Origin: an uncultured Spirochaetota bacterium
GTDB taxonomy: Bacteria; Spirochaetota; Spirochaetia; SZUA-6; Fen-1364
Length of the DNA stretch: 64,000 nucleotides
Assembly (NCBI GenBank): GCA_963820525.1
Contig: CAWGAA010000003.1
Span: 256,001-320,000, forward strand
Direction of reading: 5' to 3'
Part shown: positions 1 through 14,244 of the stretch, piece by piece
How positions within the stretch are numbered: position 1 is the first letter of the stretch
How the letters are laid out: every line of letters begins with the position of its first letter
The notes under the pieces: generated by a model
Told to the model about the DNA's origin: nothing
What the model saw: the letters and a program-made list of their open reading frames with translations, nothing else
Database searches by the model: none
Position numbers and translations under genes: made by a program

Positions 1-861
1 GCCGGATCCCGGGTATTCACGGCTCTCCGAAATGCCATCCTTTTCCTCCTGGTTTTCACAATGGGCTTTCGGATCGGCAGGACGGACGAGGTCATCGGCA
101 GCATCCCCACCCTCGGGCTCACCGCCCTGGCATTCGCCGCGGCCACGGTTTTTGGGACTCTTGCGCTCCTTGCCCTGCTTTTTTCTTTCCGAAGCGCAGC
201 GGATCCTGCGCCCGCACCCGAGAGACGGCGGGGAAACGGCGGCGCCTCTGCCCTCCAGGTCCTGAAGGAACCTCTCACGCTCCTCGCCATCCTGATCGCC
301 GGGTTTTTCTGCGGATTGCTCGTTCCTTTCTTCCGGCAGCTCACGGGAGCGGGGCTCATCACGGCCATCCTCTACGTGCTTCTGGTAGTGATCGGCGTCG
401 GCTTGAGCGCTGGGGGAGTCAATATGAGCGAAATCATCACGCATCCCGCCCTGTTCCTCATCCCGCTGGCAACGGCCGCCGGATCGCTCCTGGGAGGGCT
501 TGCCGCCGGCCTGGCCTTGCGCATGCGGATCGGCACCGCCCTCGCCCTCTCCTCGGGGTTCGGATGGTATTCCCTATCCGGGGTGATTCTTACACAGCTG
601 GACGGGCCGATCACGGGCTCCATCGCGTTTCTTTCCAACATGCTTCGGGAATCCATGTCCCTCATCCTGATTCCCCTGCTCTCGCGGACCCGTTTCCCCT
701 ACCTCGCGATCGGGGCCGGTGGCGCTACGAGCATGGACGTGACCCTGCCCCTGATCGTGAAGAACTGCGGGCCGCGGTCCGTCGGCTTTGCCTTGGCCTC
801 GGGGGGGCTGCTCTCGCTGGCCGTTCCCATCCTTGTGCCGCTTCTCTACCATCTGGGGTAG
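1..861 (+). CDS. LysO (DUF340) family lysine exporter, 5' end outside window
   Basis: Frame is open from base 1; hydrophobic protein with SGFGWYSLSG and GGATSMDVTLP motifs typical of LysO/YbjE. Confidence 0.85.
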   Translation, partial: AGSRVFTALRNAILFLLVFTMGFRIGRTDEVIGSIPTLGLTALAFAAATVFGTLALLALLFSFRSAADPAPAPERRRGNGGASALQVLKEPLTLLAILIAGFFCGLLVPFFRQLTGAGLITAILYVLLVVIGVGLSAGGVNMSEIITHPALFLIPLATAAGSLLGGLAAGLALRMRIGTALALSSGFGWYSLSGVILTQLDGPITGSIAFLSNMLRESMSLILIPLLSRTRFPYLAIGAGGATSMDVTLPLIVKNCGPRSVGFALASGGLLSLAVPILVPLLYHLG

Positions 862-1034
862 CACGGCATCGCACGAATTGCGGCCGGAGCCGCGTCGCAG
901 ATGAGCCTGCCGGGCATCGTGAAGCTGCGGCCCCCGAACGAGTGGCCGGCGCGCCCATTCGCGACTCATTCCGCCCTTCCCGCTCACCGCCCTTTTCGCT
1001 ATACTGGCCGCCACTTCAGATAAAGGAGCACACG

Positions 1035-2081
1035 ATGTACAAGATCGCGGTCATCCCCGGCGATGGCACGGGACCGGAAGTCATTCGAGAAGGAGTGAAG
1101 GTTCTCAAAACTGCGTCGAAAAAGTTCTCAATCCCCTTTTCCTTCAGAGAGTTCGACTACGGCGGCGCCCGTTACCTCAAAACGGGGGAAACCCTCCCCG
1201 CAGGAGCGATCGATGAGCTTCGCGCCTTCAGCGCGATCTACCTCGGGGCAATCGGCCATCCGGAGGTGAAGCCGGGGATCCTCGAGCAAGGAATCCTTTT
1301 GCGCCTGCGCTTCGAGCTGGATCAGTACATCAACCTGCGGCCGGTGAAGCTGTATCCCAACGTGGAGACTCCCCTGGCCCACAAGGGGCCGGAGGATATC
1401 GACTTCGTCATCGTTCGGGAGAACGTCGAGGGGTTGTACATCGGCTCCGGCGGTTTTCTCAAGAAAGGCACCCCCGACGAGGTGGCCATCCAGGAGATGG
1501 TATACACGCGGAAAGGCGTGGAACGCTGCGTGCGCTTCGCCTTCGACTATACCAGGAAGCGCGGCAGGAAGATGAAGCTCACCATGTCGGGAAAGACGAA
1601 CGTGCTCACCTACGTCCAGGACCTGTGGTACCGGACCTTCATGGAAGTGGCCAAGGAATACCCCGATATCGCCCCCGACTATGCCCATGTCGACGCCACA
1701 ACAATGTGGATGGTGAAGAATCCGGAGTGGTTCGACGTGATCGTCACGGAGAACATGTTCGGAGACATCATCACGGACCTCGGCGCGATGATCCAGGGAG
1801 GGATGGGAGTCGCGGCCGGCGGCAACATCAATCCCGAGGGCGTCTCGATGTTCGAACCCATCGGCGGCTCTGCTCCCAAGTATACGGGGCAGAACGTGAT
1901 CAACCCCATGGCCGCCATCCTGGCCGGCGCCATGATGCTGGATCAGCTCGGTGAGGCCAAGGCCGCCGCGGCCGTGGAGAAATCAGCTGTGTCCGTCATC
2001 GGCAAAATGAAAAGCATGGCCGCCGGCAAGATGGGCTTTTCAACCAGCGAGATCGGAGACATGGTGGCTGCCGGGATCTGA
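1035..2081 (+). CDS. leuB: 3-isopropylmalate dehydrogenase
   Basis: [51 protein letters not shown] ahead of ATG 1035. Confidence 0.9.
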   Translation: MYKIAVIPGDGTGPEVIREGVKVLKTASKKFSIPFSFREFDYGGARYLKTGETLPAGAIDELRAFSAIYLGAIGHPEVKPGILEQGILLRLRFELDQYINLRPVKLYPNVETPLAHKGPEDIDFVIVRENVEGLYIGSGGFLKKGTPDEVAIQEMVYTRKGVERCVRFAFDYTRKRGRKMKLTMSGKTNVLTYVQDLWYRTFMEVAKEYPDIAPDYAHVDATTMWMVKNPEWFDVIVTENMFGDIITDLGAMIQGGMGVAAGGNINPEGVSMFEPIGGSAPKYTGQNVINPMAAILAGAMMLDQLGEAKAAAAVEKSAVSVIGKMKSMAAGKMGFSTSEIGDMVAAGI

Positions 2082-2386
2082 GGCGGCGGGGCCGGCTTCA
2101 GGCCGGGCTGGCTCCAGCCTGGGACGCCTCCAGGCCGGGGCGCCTCCAGATCCGCCCTCTTGTTCTCCGCCCGCTTTTCCTTGCTCACCAGCCGGTTGAC
2201 GGCGCACGGTCGACAAGAGGCTGTTCGTCGCCGTCGCACAGAGCACCTGCCCTTCCATTGGGCCCCATCGAGGAGGCAATCCGCCACATCCCCGAAGATG
2301 TCTGGAAGCTTGACGGCCATTACCGCCTTCGATAGGTTTAGAGCATGCCCCGCGGGCCGGGGCGGCGAGAAACTCGGAGGTGCCAC

Positions 2387-3367
2387 ATGGAGTATGTTCG
2401 GCTGGGCAAGACGGGGCTCAAGGTTTCGCGGATCTGTCTGGGCACCATGACCTACGGCTCTTCCAAGTGGAGGGACTGGGTGCTCGACGAGCAGGAAGCC
2501 CGCCCATTTTTCAAGCGGGCCGTCGAGCTGGGCATCAACTTCTTCGATACTGCCGACATGTACTCGGTTGGCGCGAGCGAAGAGGTGACGGGACGCGCGC
2601 TCAAGGCGCTGGCGAAAAGAGAAGAAATCGTGGTTGCCACCAAGGTGTTCAACCCCATGGGACCGGACCCCAACGCCCGCGGCCTGTCCCGCAAGCACAT
2701 CATGGAGGGAATCGACGCATCCCTCAAACGGCTGGGAATGGATTACGTTGATCTCTACCAGATCCATCGCTGGGACCACGAAACGCCGATCGAGGAAACC
2801 CTCGAGGCCTTGAACGACGTCGTGCGCTCCGGCAAGGCGCGCTATATCGGCGCTTCCAGCATGTACGCATGGCAGTTCGCCAAGGCCCTTTACCTGACCG
2901 ATCTTCACGGCTGGACGCGCTTCTCCTCCATGCAGAACCACTACAATCTCATCTACCGCGAAGAGGAGCGGGAGATGATACCCTTGTGCATCGACCAGGG
3001 GATCGGCGTCATCCCGTGGAGCCCCATGGCGCGGGGCTTCCTGGCCGGAAACCGCACGCGGGACAAGAGCGGCGCCACAACCAGAAGCAAATCCGACGAC
3101 TACGCGCACATGATGTACTACCAGGACGAGGACTTCGATGTCGTGGAGCGCGTGAGCTCGGTGTCACGGGAGATCGGAAAGGCCATGTCGCAGGTAGCCC
3201 TGGCATGGATGCTCTCAAAGCCCTACATTACGGCGCCCATCGTGGGCGCGAGCAAGCTTCAGCACCTGGAGCAGGCGGTTGAAGCGGTTTCCCTCAAGCT
3301 CACGGCGGAACAGATTCAGAAACTGGAGGAGCCCTACAAGCCCCACCCGATCTATGGCCACCAATAG
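2387..3367 (+). CDS. Aldo/keto reductase
   Basis: LGKTGLKVSRICLGTMTYG, FFDTADMY, DYVDLYQIHRWD, PWSPMARG; GGAGG RBS. Confidence 0.93.
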   Translation: MEYVRLGKTGLKVSRICLGTMTYGSSKWRDWVLDEQEARPFFKRAVELGINFFDTADMYSVGASEEVTGRALKALAKREEIVVATKVFNPMGPDPNARGLSRKHIMEGIDASLKRLGMDYVDLYQIHRWDHETPIEETLEALNDVVRSGKARYIGASSMYAWQFAKALYLTDLHGWTRFSSMQNHYNLIYREEEREMIPLCIDQGIGVIPWSPMARGFLAGNRTRDKSGATTRSKSDDYAHMMYYQDEDFDVVERVSSVSREIGKAMSQVALAWMLSKPYITAPIVGASKLQHLEQAVEAVSLKLTAEQIQKLEEPYKPHPIYGHQ

Positions 3368-3437
3368 CGGCTGAAACCGCCGCCCTTGACCGATCCGAAA
3401 ACCCGGCGCGATACTCTCTTCATTCGTGGAGGAGAAT

Positions 3438-4405
3438 ATGAAAAGGCATAAGCCGATTGCGCTCTTCTTCTGTCTTGCGTTCCTTTCCAGCGCCGCGCTC
3501 TAGTCCCAGGAGAACAGGATAGCGAACCCCGGGTTCGAGCTGAACCCCAGCGGCGTCAAGAGCCAGGACATTATTGATTGGCAGACCGTCTCCGACAAGG
3601 ACGCGGACGCGGATTTCGTGGAATCGGGATGGACGCATTCCGGAAGCAACAAGTTCACGCACTGGAAGGCGACGGATTTCAAAGTCTATACCTACCAAAC
3701 CGTCCAGAACCTGGAAAAGGGCACCTATAACTTCGAGTTCTGGTACGCCAACGGCGACGGGGGCGTGAACTGCTATGTCGAACTGAAGGACTACAGCGGA
3801 GATCCCATCCGGATCCCGGTTCCTCGAAGCGGCTCCTGGGTCAAGAAGGAAGTGAAGGATATCGTCATCACGACCGGCGGGGGCAAATTTTCCGATTTCA
3901 GCGGCAATCAGAGGGATGTCCTTGCCATCCTCAAGGAGAACGGCGTGAACTTCGTGAGGCTTCGCATCTGGAACGACCCGAAAAACGGCATCTGCGGAGA
4001 AGAATCGACTCTCGCCATGGCCAGGAGGATCAAAGCTGCGGGGCCGCGCTGACAGCGAAATACAAAAAGGACATTGTCATCGCCGAGACGGCCTACCCGT
4101 TCTGCCTGAACGATGCCGATGGACTGGAAAACATAATGGCCAGGGACGATCAGCTCAAGGCCACGGGCTACGTGCCGACCATCGCCGGCCAGAAGAAATT
4201 CCTCGAGGACCTCATCTCTGTCATCAAGCACACACCGAACGGAAGAGGATTGGGACTCTTCTACTGGGAGGGAGCATGGCTGCCCGTGAAGGGCGCGGGC
4301 TGGGACCCCGCTGACCCCAATTCCAAGGACGCCTGGGAAAACCAGTGCCTCTTCAATTTTTCCGGGTACGCGCTCGATTCAATAAAGGCGTTCAGGGCGC
4401 GGTGA
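3438..4405 (+). pseudogene. Degraded secreted GH53 endo-beta-1,4-galactanase with N-terminal CBM-like domain
   Basis: Signal peptide broken by TAG at 3501-3503; NPGFE CBM-like start; GH53 motif LKENGVNFVRLRIWNDP; frame change near 4045 straight into IVIAETAYP...FYWEGAW...WENQCLF; the central DFHYSD/GNE part is absent. Confidence 0.85.
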
Positions 4406-4976
4406 TTCCCCGCAGAAGCCTGACCATGTTCCTGGCCAGGTTCTCCGCCATGCGAAGGCCCGTCTCGTCGTCCTTCGCCTCACCCGCGATCGCGGCGCCC
4501 GAATGCGAGAAGCCGGGGCCGTCGCTCACCGCCATCACGTGGAGCTGCATGAGAAACGTCGAGATGTTCTGAAGGGTCAGCTCCTGGCCGCCGTGCCTGA
4601 ACCCGGCGCAGGCTATCCCCCCGCCGATCTTGCCGCTCATGGCATAGGGCTTTTCGTAGGAGGGACGCAGCACAACGCAGCGCTCCATCACCGTCTTGAG
4701 CTGGCTGGACACGAGGCCGAAGTAGACGGGAGACCCGATGATGATGCCGTCACAGCGGCGCATCTCCTCCACGATCTCGCCCATATCGTCGTCATGGACG
4801 CATGTGCCCCTTTCAGCGCACGTCCAGCAGCCCAGGCAGGGCTCTATTTTCCTTCCCGCCACGGAGAGGTAGGCGGTGTCGGCCCCCTCCGCCGCGGCGG
4901 CTCGAAGCGCGTGCTTTACCGCGAATGCAGTACTTCCGTCGGCGCGGCGGCTGCCTGACAGGCCGAGTATTCTCAT
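4392..4976 (-). CDS. Flavodoxin-like iron-sulfur flavoprotein / NADPH-dependent FMN reductase
   Basis: MRILGLSGSRR, CLGCWTC-x5-C, GSPVYFG. Confidence 0.88.
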   Translation of the reverse strand: MRILGLSGSRRADGSTAFAVKHALRAAAAEGADTAYLSVAGRKIEPCLGCWTCAERGTCVHDDDMGEIVEEMRRCDGIIIGSPVYFGLVSSQLKTVMERCVVLRPSYEKPYAMSGKIGGGIACAGFRHGGQELTLQNISTFLMQLHVMAVSDGPGFSHSGAAIAGEAKDDETGLRMAENLARNMVRLLRGITAP

Positions 4977-4982
4977 GGCGCA

Positions 4983-5011
4983 AGGATACAGGCCGCGATT
5001 GCTCATGTAAA
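4983..5011 (-). promoter_or_regulatory. sigma70-type promoter, leaderless spacing
   Basis: Minus strand TTTACA-17nt-TATCCT-6nt-ATG(4976), no SD. Confidence 0.6.
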
Positions 5012-5086
5012 GGGAAGCCGGGGAGGCGAACCGCATCGTGACCGCCGGGCTGGCTTGCCGCGCTGATTCTGCTTATATTGGCAGGC

Positions 5087-6040
5087 ATGATCATCTTTTC
5101 AGCGGACGCACTTACCGACGAACAACTGGACCAGATCCGGACAATCGATCCCGCAGCACGCATAGTGGGCAAAGATGAATTGGAGGCGGACCCTGGGTTG
5201 ATCGGAAAGCTCGAGGTGATCTATGGCCATTTGCCTCCTGAATACTGGCCGCGCGCCGCCGGCATGAAATGGCTGCAAAGCACATGGGCCGGCCTGGACA
5301 TGATCCTCCAAGACCCAGCCGTAAGGGAACACCCCGCGATTATTACGAACGTTCATATCCATGCCGCGGCAATCTCCGAGCACCTCTGGGGTATGTGTCT
5401 TATGCTCACCCGCAATTTGCACGCCGCCGTGCGCGCACAAGATAGCCACCAATGGAACATGCAGCCCCTGATTCGAGGGCTGTCGAATCTGAGTGGACGA
5501 ACCCTGTGCGTGGTGGGCCTGGGAGAGATAGGGCGCCGGTGCGCGGCTATCGGCAAGGCGTTCGGAATGAGAGTGATAGGCATCAGGCGGCGCGGCGCTC
5601 TCGGGCCTGCCGTTCCGGAAGCGGACGAAATCCTTGGGCCGGATGATCGCCGCGATGCATTCGCCCGCTCTCGCGTGATAATGGCCACCCTCCCGCACAC
5701 CGAGAGGACAATTCGCTTCATTTCCCGCAGGGAAATGGACGTAATGAAGGACGTCTATCTTTTGAATGCCGGGCGGGGGAGCTGTATCGACACGGACGCT
5801 CTGGTCGAGGCCTTGCGGGCCGGGAAGGTACGCGGCTGCGGGCTTGATGTCACCGAACCGGAGCCCCTTCCCCCGGAGCATCCGCTCTGGGACATGCCCA
5901 ACGTAATCATCACGCCGCACTACTCCGGGATTCATCCCGGTTACGACAACGAAGCCTTCGCGGTATTCATCGACAATCTGAAAAGATACGTGCACGGCGA
6001 GCCGCTGTGCAACGTTGTGGATAAAAACGAGGGTTACTGA
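5087..6040 (+). CDS. D-2-hydroxyacid dehydrogenase
   Basis: GLGEIG Rossmann motif, NAGRG, GLDVTEPEPLP, ITPH. Confidence 0.92.
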   Translation: MIIFSADALTDEQLDQIRTIDPAARIVGKDELEADPGLIGKLEVIYGHLPPEYWPRAAGMKWLQSTWAGLDMILQDPAVREHPAIITNVHIHAAAISEHLWGMCLMLTRNLHAAVRAQDSHQWNMQPLIRGLSNLSGRTLCVVGLGEIGRRCAAIGKAFGMRVIGIRRRGALGPAVPEADEILGPDDRRDAFARSRVIMATLPHTERTIRFISRREMDVMKDVYLLNAGRGSCIDTDALVEALRAGKVRGCGLDVTEPEPLPPEHPLWDMPNVIITPHYSGIHPGYDNEAFAVFIDNLKRYVHGEPLCNVVDKNEGY

Positions 6041-6086
6041 GCCCGCGATTGACCCCGTCAAGCGCCGCCGTATATCATCCTGGGAA

Positions 6087-6797
6087 ATGAGCGGATTCTT
6101 CGCGGGCCCGGAATCGCCGCTTCGGAGGTTCAGGCTCTTCTCTCCCTCACATCTGGCCGGCATTGGCACGTTCGCGGCAGTGAACATTCTCATCGCGCTC
6201 TTCGGCAGCCGCATCCGGGGAACACCGCTCGATACCGCCCTGCGCTTCGGCATCGGCGCCATCCTCTATGTAAACGAGATTCTCCTGTCGGCGTGGAGGC
6301 TGCGACACGGGATGTGGTCCGTCAAGACCTCCCTGCCCTTCCACCTCTGCGGCGTCTCCGTGGTGCTCTGCCCGATCATGCTGGGCACGGAGAGCTACAC
6401 GCTCTTCGAGCTCACGTATTTCTGGGCCATGGGAGGGGCACTCCAGGGTCTGCTCACGCCTGACGTGGAGGGCTTCGATTTCCCCCACTTCCGCTTCATC
6501 ACGACCTTCGTCTCCCACGGGCTCATCATAACGGCCAACCTGTACATGATCTTCGTGCTGGGGATGAGGCCGACCTTCCTTTCCTACGTGAAGTCGGTGG
6601 CCGTGTTGAACCTCTATGCGCTTGCGGCCCTTGCCTTCAATTGGGTCACGGGCGCCAACTACGGCTTTCTCTGCCGCAAGCCGGACGATCCCAGCCTCAT
6701 CGACTACCTGGGGCCGTGGCCGTGGTACCTCGCAAGCCTCGAAGCAGTTGCCGTCGGCCTTTCCTTCATTTTCTACATTCCGTTCATGATCTGGTGA
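6087..6797 (+). CDS. YwaF/TIGR02206 family membrane protein
   Basis: LPFHLC, ANYGFL..KP..SL.DYLGPWPWY motifs. Confidence 0.85.
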   Translation: MSGFFAGPESPLRRFRLFSPSHLAGIGTFAAVNILIALFGSRIRGTPLDTALRFGIGAILYVNEILLSAWRLRHGMWSVKTSLPFHLCGVSVVLCPIMLGTESYTLFELTYFWAMGGALQGLLTPDVEGFDFPHFRFITTFVSHGLIITANLYMIFVLGMRPTFLSYVKSVAVLNLYALAALAFNWVTGANYGFLCRKPDDPSLIDYLGPWPWYLASLEAVAVGLSFIFYIPFMIW

Positions 6798-6801
6798 AGC
6801 C

Positions 6802-8624
6802 TCACTTGTAAAGGCTGGCCAGGCGGCTGAACTCGCCCTTGGCCGCAAGCAGCTCGTCGTGCGTGCCGAACTCCACAAGGCGACTGCGGTGAAGCACGGC
6901 CAGCCGGTCCGCGTTTCGAATCGTCGAGAGGCGATGGGCCACGATAAGGGTGGTCCTGCCTCGGACCAACCGGTCCAGTGCCTGCTGGACCATGCGCTCG
7001 GATCCGACGTCGAGGGCGCTCGTGGCCTCGTCCAGGATGATGATCCGCGGATCCCGGATCAGGGCCCGTGCAATGGCGATGCGCTGCCGCTGGCCGCCGG
7101 AGAGCCTGCTTCCGTGCTCTCCCAGAAGGGTTTCGATGCCGTCGGGAAGCTCCTTGATGAACTGCCAGGCATTTGCCGCCTCCAGGGCCTGCCTGATGCG
7201 CTCCTCGTCGATGCCGTTGAACCCGTAGGTGACGTTCTCGCGGATAGTACCTGAAAAAAGTATGACGTTCTGGCTCACCACCGAGAGCTGACGGCGATAG
7301 TCCCTGAGGTCCAGCTCGTTCATGTCCCGACCGTCAAGAAGGATGCGGCCCCCGGTGGGACGATGGAAGCCGATGACCAGGTTCATGAGGGTGCTCTTGC
7401 CGGATCCCGACTCGCCGACAAATGCCACGATCTGTCCCGCCTCTATAGCGAGATCGATCTCGCACAGCGCAAGGGGAGCCTCCTCGGCGGCTCCATCGAG
7501 AGCCGCCCCCGGGCCGGCCGAGGGATAGCGGAAGCACACCCCCTCGAACGTGAATGCCCCGCGGACGCGCCCAACAGGGAACTTTCCCGTATTGCGCTCA
7601 ACGTCGGGAGACCTCAGCACCTCGCCGATGGACTGAATCGAGGTGATTCCCTTGGCAAGGTCCGGAATGACGTTGACCGTGGCGCTCACCCCGGCCACGA
7701 TGGAGGCGAAGTAGCCCTGGTAGAGGATAATGTCGCCGATGGGGATCTGGCCCTTGAGCGCCATGTATCCCGTGACCAGGAGGCACAGGAGGCTGAAGGC
7801 CTGGAACGCCACCCAGGAGCCGGCGCCGAAGATGCCGTTGAAGATGTCCAGCCTGCGGCCGGCCGTCGCCACCTGGTCCATGGTGCTGGAGATGCGCTGG
7901 ATCTCGTAGTCTTCCACGGCGTGCGCCCTGGTCACGGGGAGCATCGCGATCATCTCATTGACCCTGTTGCTCATGCCTTCCAGGGCCTGGCGGTAGGTCT
8001 GGTTGTTCTGCCTGATCGGCCGGTTGAAGACCCGCACCAGGGCGACGGCGATGGGGATAGTGATACCGTAGAACACCGCGACGACGGGCTTCCTGGTCAG
8101 GGTGAGACCGAGGGCGATCGCCACCGTCACCGCCGTGGAAAGAACCGTGCTGACGAACTGCGTGACCATGGTTCCCACGTTCTCCACGTCCCGCAGCACC
8201 TTGTTCTGCAGGGCCCCGGTGCGGGCGCGGTCGTGAAACCCGAAGGAGAGCTGCTGGAGCCGCAGCACGAGGCTCATCCTGGTGCGGGCTTCCATGGTGC
8301 GTACTCCGCCGTTCAGGAGCCAGACGAAGAGCGTGTGGGTGGGGATGTTCTGGACAATGACCAGGATCATGACGAAGCCGAGGAACAGGGAATGCTCCAG
8401 GGCGCCGGGCCCGCCGGCCGCCACAATGTTGATGATGCTCGCCGTGATGATGGGAGACAACCAGACTGGAGAGTGCTTGACAACGTAGGTGAAAGCGGAC
8501 GCGGCCAGCCGAGGCCACTGACCCTTGAACAGCATGCGAAGAGCGGCAAGAGGCTTTCGGGGCAGGACGTCCGTTTCCAGGAAGTCCGGTGTGCTCACTG
8601 CCACGGGGTTCTGCTCTTCCTCAT
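6802..8624 (-). CDS. ABC transporter, fused permease/ATPase (MsbA-like); probable 1-nt indel near start
   Basis: TM domain, GESGSGKST, LSGGQRQR, ILDEATSALD. GGAGG+ATG at 8624 is one base out of frame across a G4 run (8605-8608); alternative in-frame GTG at 8604/8598. Confidence 0.88.
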
Positions 8625-8644
8625 TGGCGGCTCCTCCGTTGTCT

Positions 8645-9634
8645 TCACGTCTTCTCGCCGTACGCCTCGAGTATCCGATCCATCTCCGCATTGACGCCGG
8701 CATCCACGCGGCGGCGGCTCTCATCGGCCTCGAACCACGAAACCGTCCGGCGGATTCCCTCGCGGAAAGGAATGACGGCCTTGAACTCCGGAACGAACGA
8801 CTTGATCTTGGCGTTGTCGAAGGCAACGCTCCACGTCTTGTCGCCCAGAAGAGTCCCCGTGAGGGAAGGTGCCACGCGCGCGATGAACTCCGATGGGATG
8901 TGCACAACCCTCGCCCGAACGCCCAGGGCATCCGCGATCTCGCCATAGATCTGCTCCCAGGTGAGCACCTCGTCCGTGGTTATATGGAATGCGTGGCCCA
9001 CGGCCGCGAGGTTGCCGACCAGCCCCAGGAAGCCGCGCGCGAAGTCTTCGGAATGCGTCACCACCCACAGGGAGGAGCCGTCGCCGTGTACGATGATGGG
9101 CCGTCCCTTTTTCATGCGGTCCGCCAGCGTGTAGCAGCCCCAGCCGCCGATGGCGATGGGGAAGTTCCAGTCATAGGTGAGCGAGGGGCGGACAACGGTC
9201 GCCGGAAATCCCTCCTCGCGGTACGCCCGCGTGAGGCGCTCTTCGCAGGCGATCTTGTTCCGCGAATACTCCCAATAGGGATTGAAGAGCGGCGTCGATT
9301 CGGTGATGAGGTAGCGGGCGGGCGGCTTCTGGTATGCCGAGGCGGAGCTGATGAATATGAACTGCCTCACCTTGCCCCGGAACAGCTCCAGGTCGAGCTC
9401 GATGTCATCCGGCGTGTAGGCGATCCAGTCCACAACCACGTCGAACTGAAGGCCGCGGAGGGCTTTGTGCGCTTCCTCGGGCTTATGGAAATCCGCGGTG
9501 AGATGCTGGACGCCGGAAAGCCCGGCAGCGCGCGTCCCGCGGTTGAGCAGGTGCAGCTCCATGCCCCGCGCCGCAGCCATGCGGCTCACCGCCGTGCTGA
9601 TGAATCCTGTTCCGCCGATGAAAAGAACTCTCAT
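8645..9634 (-). CDS. NAD-dependent epimerase/dehydratase (SDR) family protein
   Basis: MRVLFIGGTGFIS, FISSAS, YSRNK. Confidence 0.88.
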   Translation of the reverse strand: MRVLFIGGTGFISTAVSRMAAARGMELHLLNRGTRAAGLSGVQHLTADFHKPEEAHKALRGLQFDVVVDWIAYTPDDIELDLELFRGKVRQFIFISSASAYQKPPARYLITESTPLFNPYWEYSRNKIACEERLTRAYREEGFPATVVRPSLTYDWNFPIAIGGWGCYTLADRMKKGRPIIVHGDGSSLWVVTHSEDFARGFLGLVGNLAAVGHAFHITTDEVLTWEQIYGEIADALGVRARVVHIPSEFIARVAPSLTGTLLGDKTWSVAFDNAKIKSFVPEFKAVIPFREGIRRTVSWFEADESRRRVDAGVNAEMDRILEAYGEKT

Positions 9635-9664
9635 GCCGAAGCCTTCAGTCCGCCGAGCGGCGCG

Positions 9665-13006
<3,342 letters not shown>

Positions 13007-13023
<17 letters not shown>

Positions 13024-13132
13024 CGCGTTCCCTTTCGGCCTCGGAGATTATGGCGAAGATATCGATGATGAGCGCCACCGTGCCGTCTCCCAGGATGGTC
13101 GCGCCGGAGATTCCCTGGTAGTTCTTGTTGCC
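13007..13132 (-). pseudogene. cheA: C-terminal remnant of histidine kinase CheA (P5/CheW-like domain end)
   Basis: Minus-strand frame reads GNKNYQGISGATILGDGTVALIIDIFAIISEAERERGGGKA*; in-frame TAG a few codons upstream and no start codon; overlaps cheR start. Confidence 0.85.
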
Positions 13133-13155
13133 ATGGAAGCAAGTCTATTGAAAGC

Positions 13156-14244
13156 TCAGGAATTATCAAGCGCGTCGCCGCGCGGGGCGGGCGCGCCGCC
13201 CGAGACGCGGGCCCCTCCGCCCATCCGTTTCTTCACGGTGCGGAAGAAAAACATCCGGGCCCTCTCCGCGGCGGAGTACAGGGCGTGGCCCGCTCTAAGA
13301 TAGGGCACGTCCCATGTGCCCCACCTCTCCCGCACCCTATCGGAAAACCCCGTCTTGAACTGATACAGGCCGATCATTGGGTGCCCGGGATCGGGCCGAG
13401 GCGGAACCCCGTACAGATCGTACGACGTGCAGCCCGCAGCCTTCGCCATGCGGATCGCCTCCCACTGAAGGGCGTAGGTTGGCATGAGATTTCGCTTCGC
13501 CCCCGAGGATGCGCCCGTGAGGTAGACGGCCGCTGCCTTCCAGAAGACGACGATGTTGCCGGCGAGAAGCTCGCCATCCGCGAACGCGAGGAGGAGCTTC
13601 ACGGAAGGCCGGCGTCCGTCATAGGTGCCGGAGAGCTTCAGCAGGTCCGCGTAATAGTCTTTCGCGTGGATGGCTATCCGGTCGCGGCGGCTCGTCTCCC
13701 TGTACAGCTCGTACCAGGCGTCTATGTCTTCCTCCGCACCTTCCCTCACGATAACGCCCTTTTTTGCCGCCAGCCGGATGTTGTATCGCGTCTTCGTCTT
13801 CATTGCGGCAAGGATGGAATCGAGCGGCGGGGCGAGATCCACCACCACGGTGGATGGAGGCTGGATATCGTCGCGGGATTTTCTAACGTCGGAGCGGCAG
13901 AGGTCGCTCGCATCCCCGCCGCGCTCCCAGGGAAGGTCAAAGCGCAGCAGGAGGGTGTTCGCGGGAAGGTGGGGACGGACCGCTCCCGCGAGACGGGAGA
14001 GAAGCTCGCCCCTGCCGCTTTCCGGCTCGAGCGCGGGGCCGAAAGGCACGTAGCCGAGGGTGAAGATCGACGAAAGGCCGCGCGTCAGCACCAGAAGCCC
14101 GAAGCTTCGCCCGCCCGCCGACGCGGTGAAGGGGTGAGGAATCCAGCCGTGCGCTTTTTTGAAGTATCCCCAGAAACCGGACTGGAGGAGCTCCGCGCTC
14201 TCGTCCAGGGAGCGGAGCTCGGCCGGAAGGACGGATACCTCGAT
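13156..14244 (-). CDS. FemABX-family lipid II:glycine glycyltransferase
   Basis: LLQSGFWGYFK, KTRYNIRLAAKKGV, LQWEAI, YDLYG, GLYQFKTGF; frame is open up to an ATC overlapping the metG stop. Confidence 0.88.
   Translation of the reverse strand: MEVSVLPAELRSLDESAELLQSGFWGYFKKAHGWIPHPFTASAGGRSFGLLVLTRGLSSIFTLGYVPFGPALEPESGRGELLSRLAGAVRPHLPANTLLLRFDLPWERGGDASDLCRSDVRKSRDDIQPPSTVVVDLAPPLDSILAAMKTKTRYNIRLAAKKGVIVREGAEEDIDAWYELYRETSRRDRIAIHAKDYYADLLKLSGTYDGRRPSVKLLLAFADGELLAGNIVVFWKAAAVYLTGASSGAKRNLMPTYALQWEAIRMAKAAGCTSYDLYGVPPRPDPGHPMIGLYQFKTGFSDRVRERWGTWDVPYLRAGHALYSAAERARMFFFRTVKKRMGGGARVSGGAPAPRGDALDNS

Noticed and set aside
2082..2340. Possible gene remnant or RNA between leuB and the aldo/keto reductase
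   Set aside because: Only short GC repeats (CGCCTCCAG); no convincing coding or structural signal
3501..3503. Pyrrolysine or readthrough at the in-frame TAG
   Set aside because: The same gene also has large deletions, so a nonsense mutation is simpler
8595..8624. Regulatory 9-codon uORF (MRKSRTPWQ) coupled to the ABC transporter
   Set aside because: Adding one base in the G4 run fuses it to the transporter, so it is more likely the true start with an indel error
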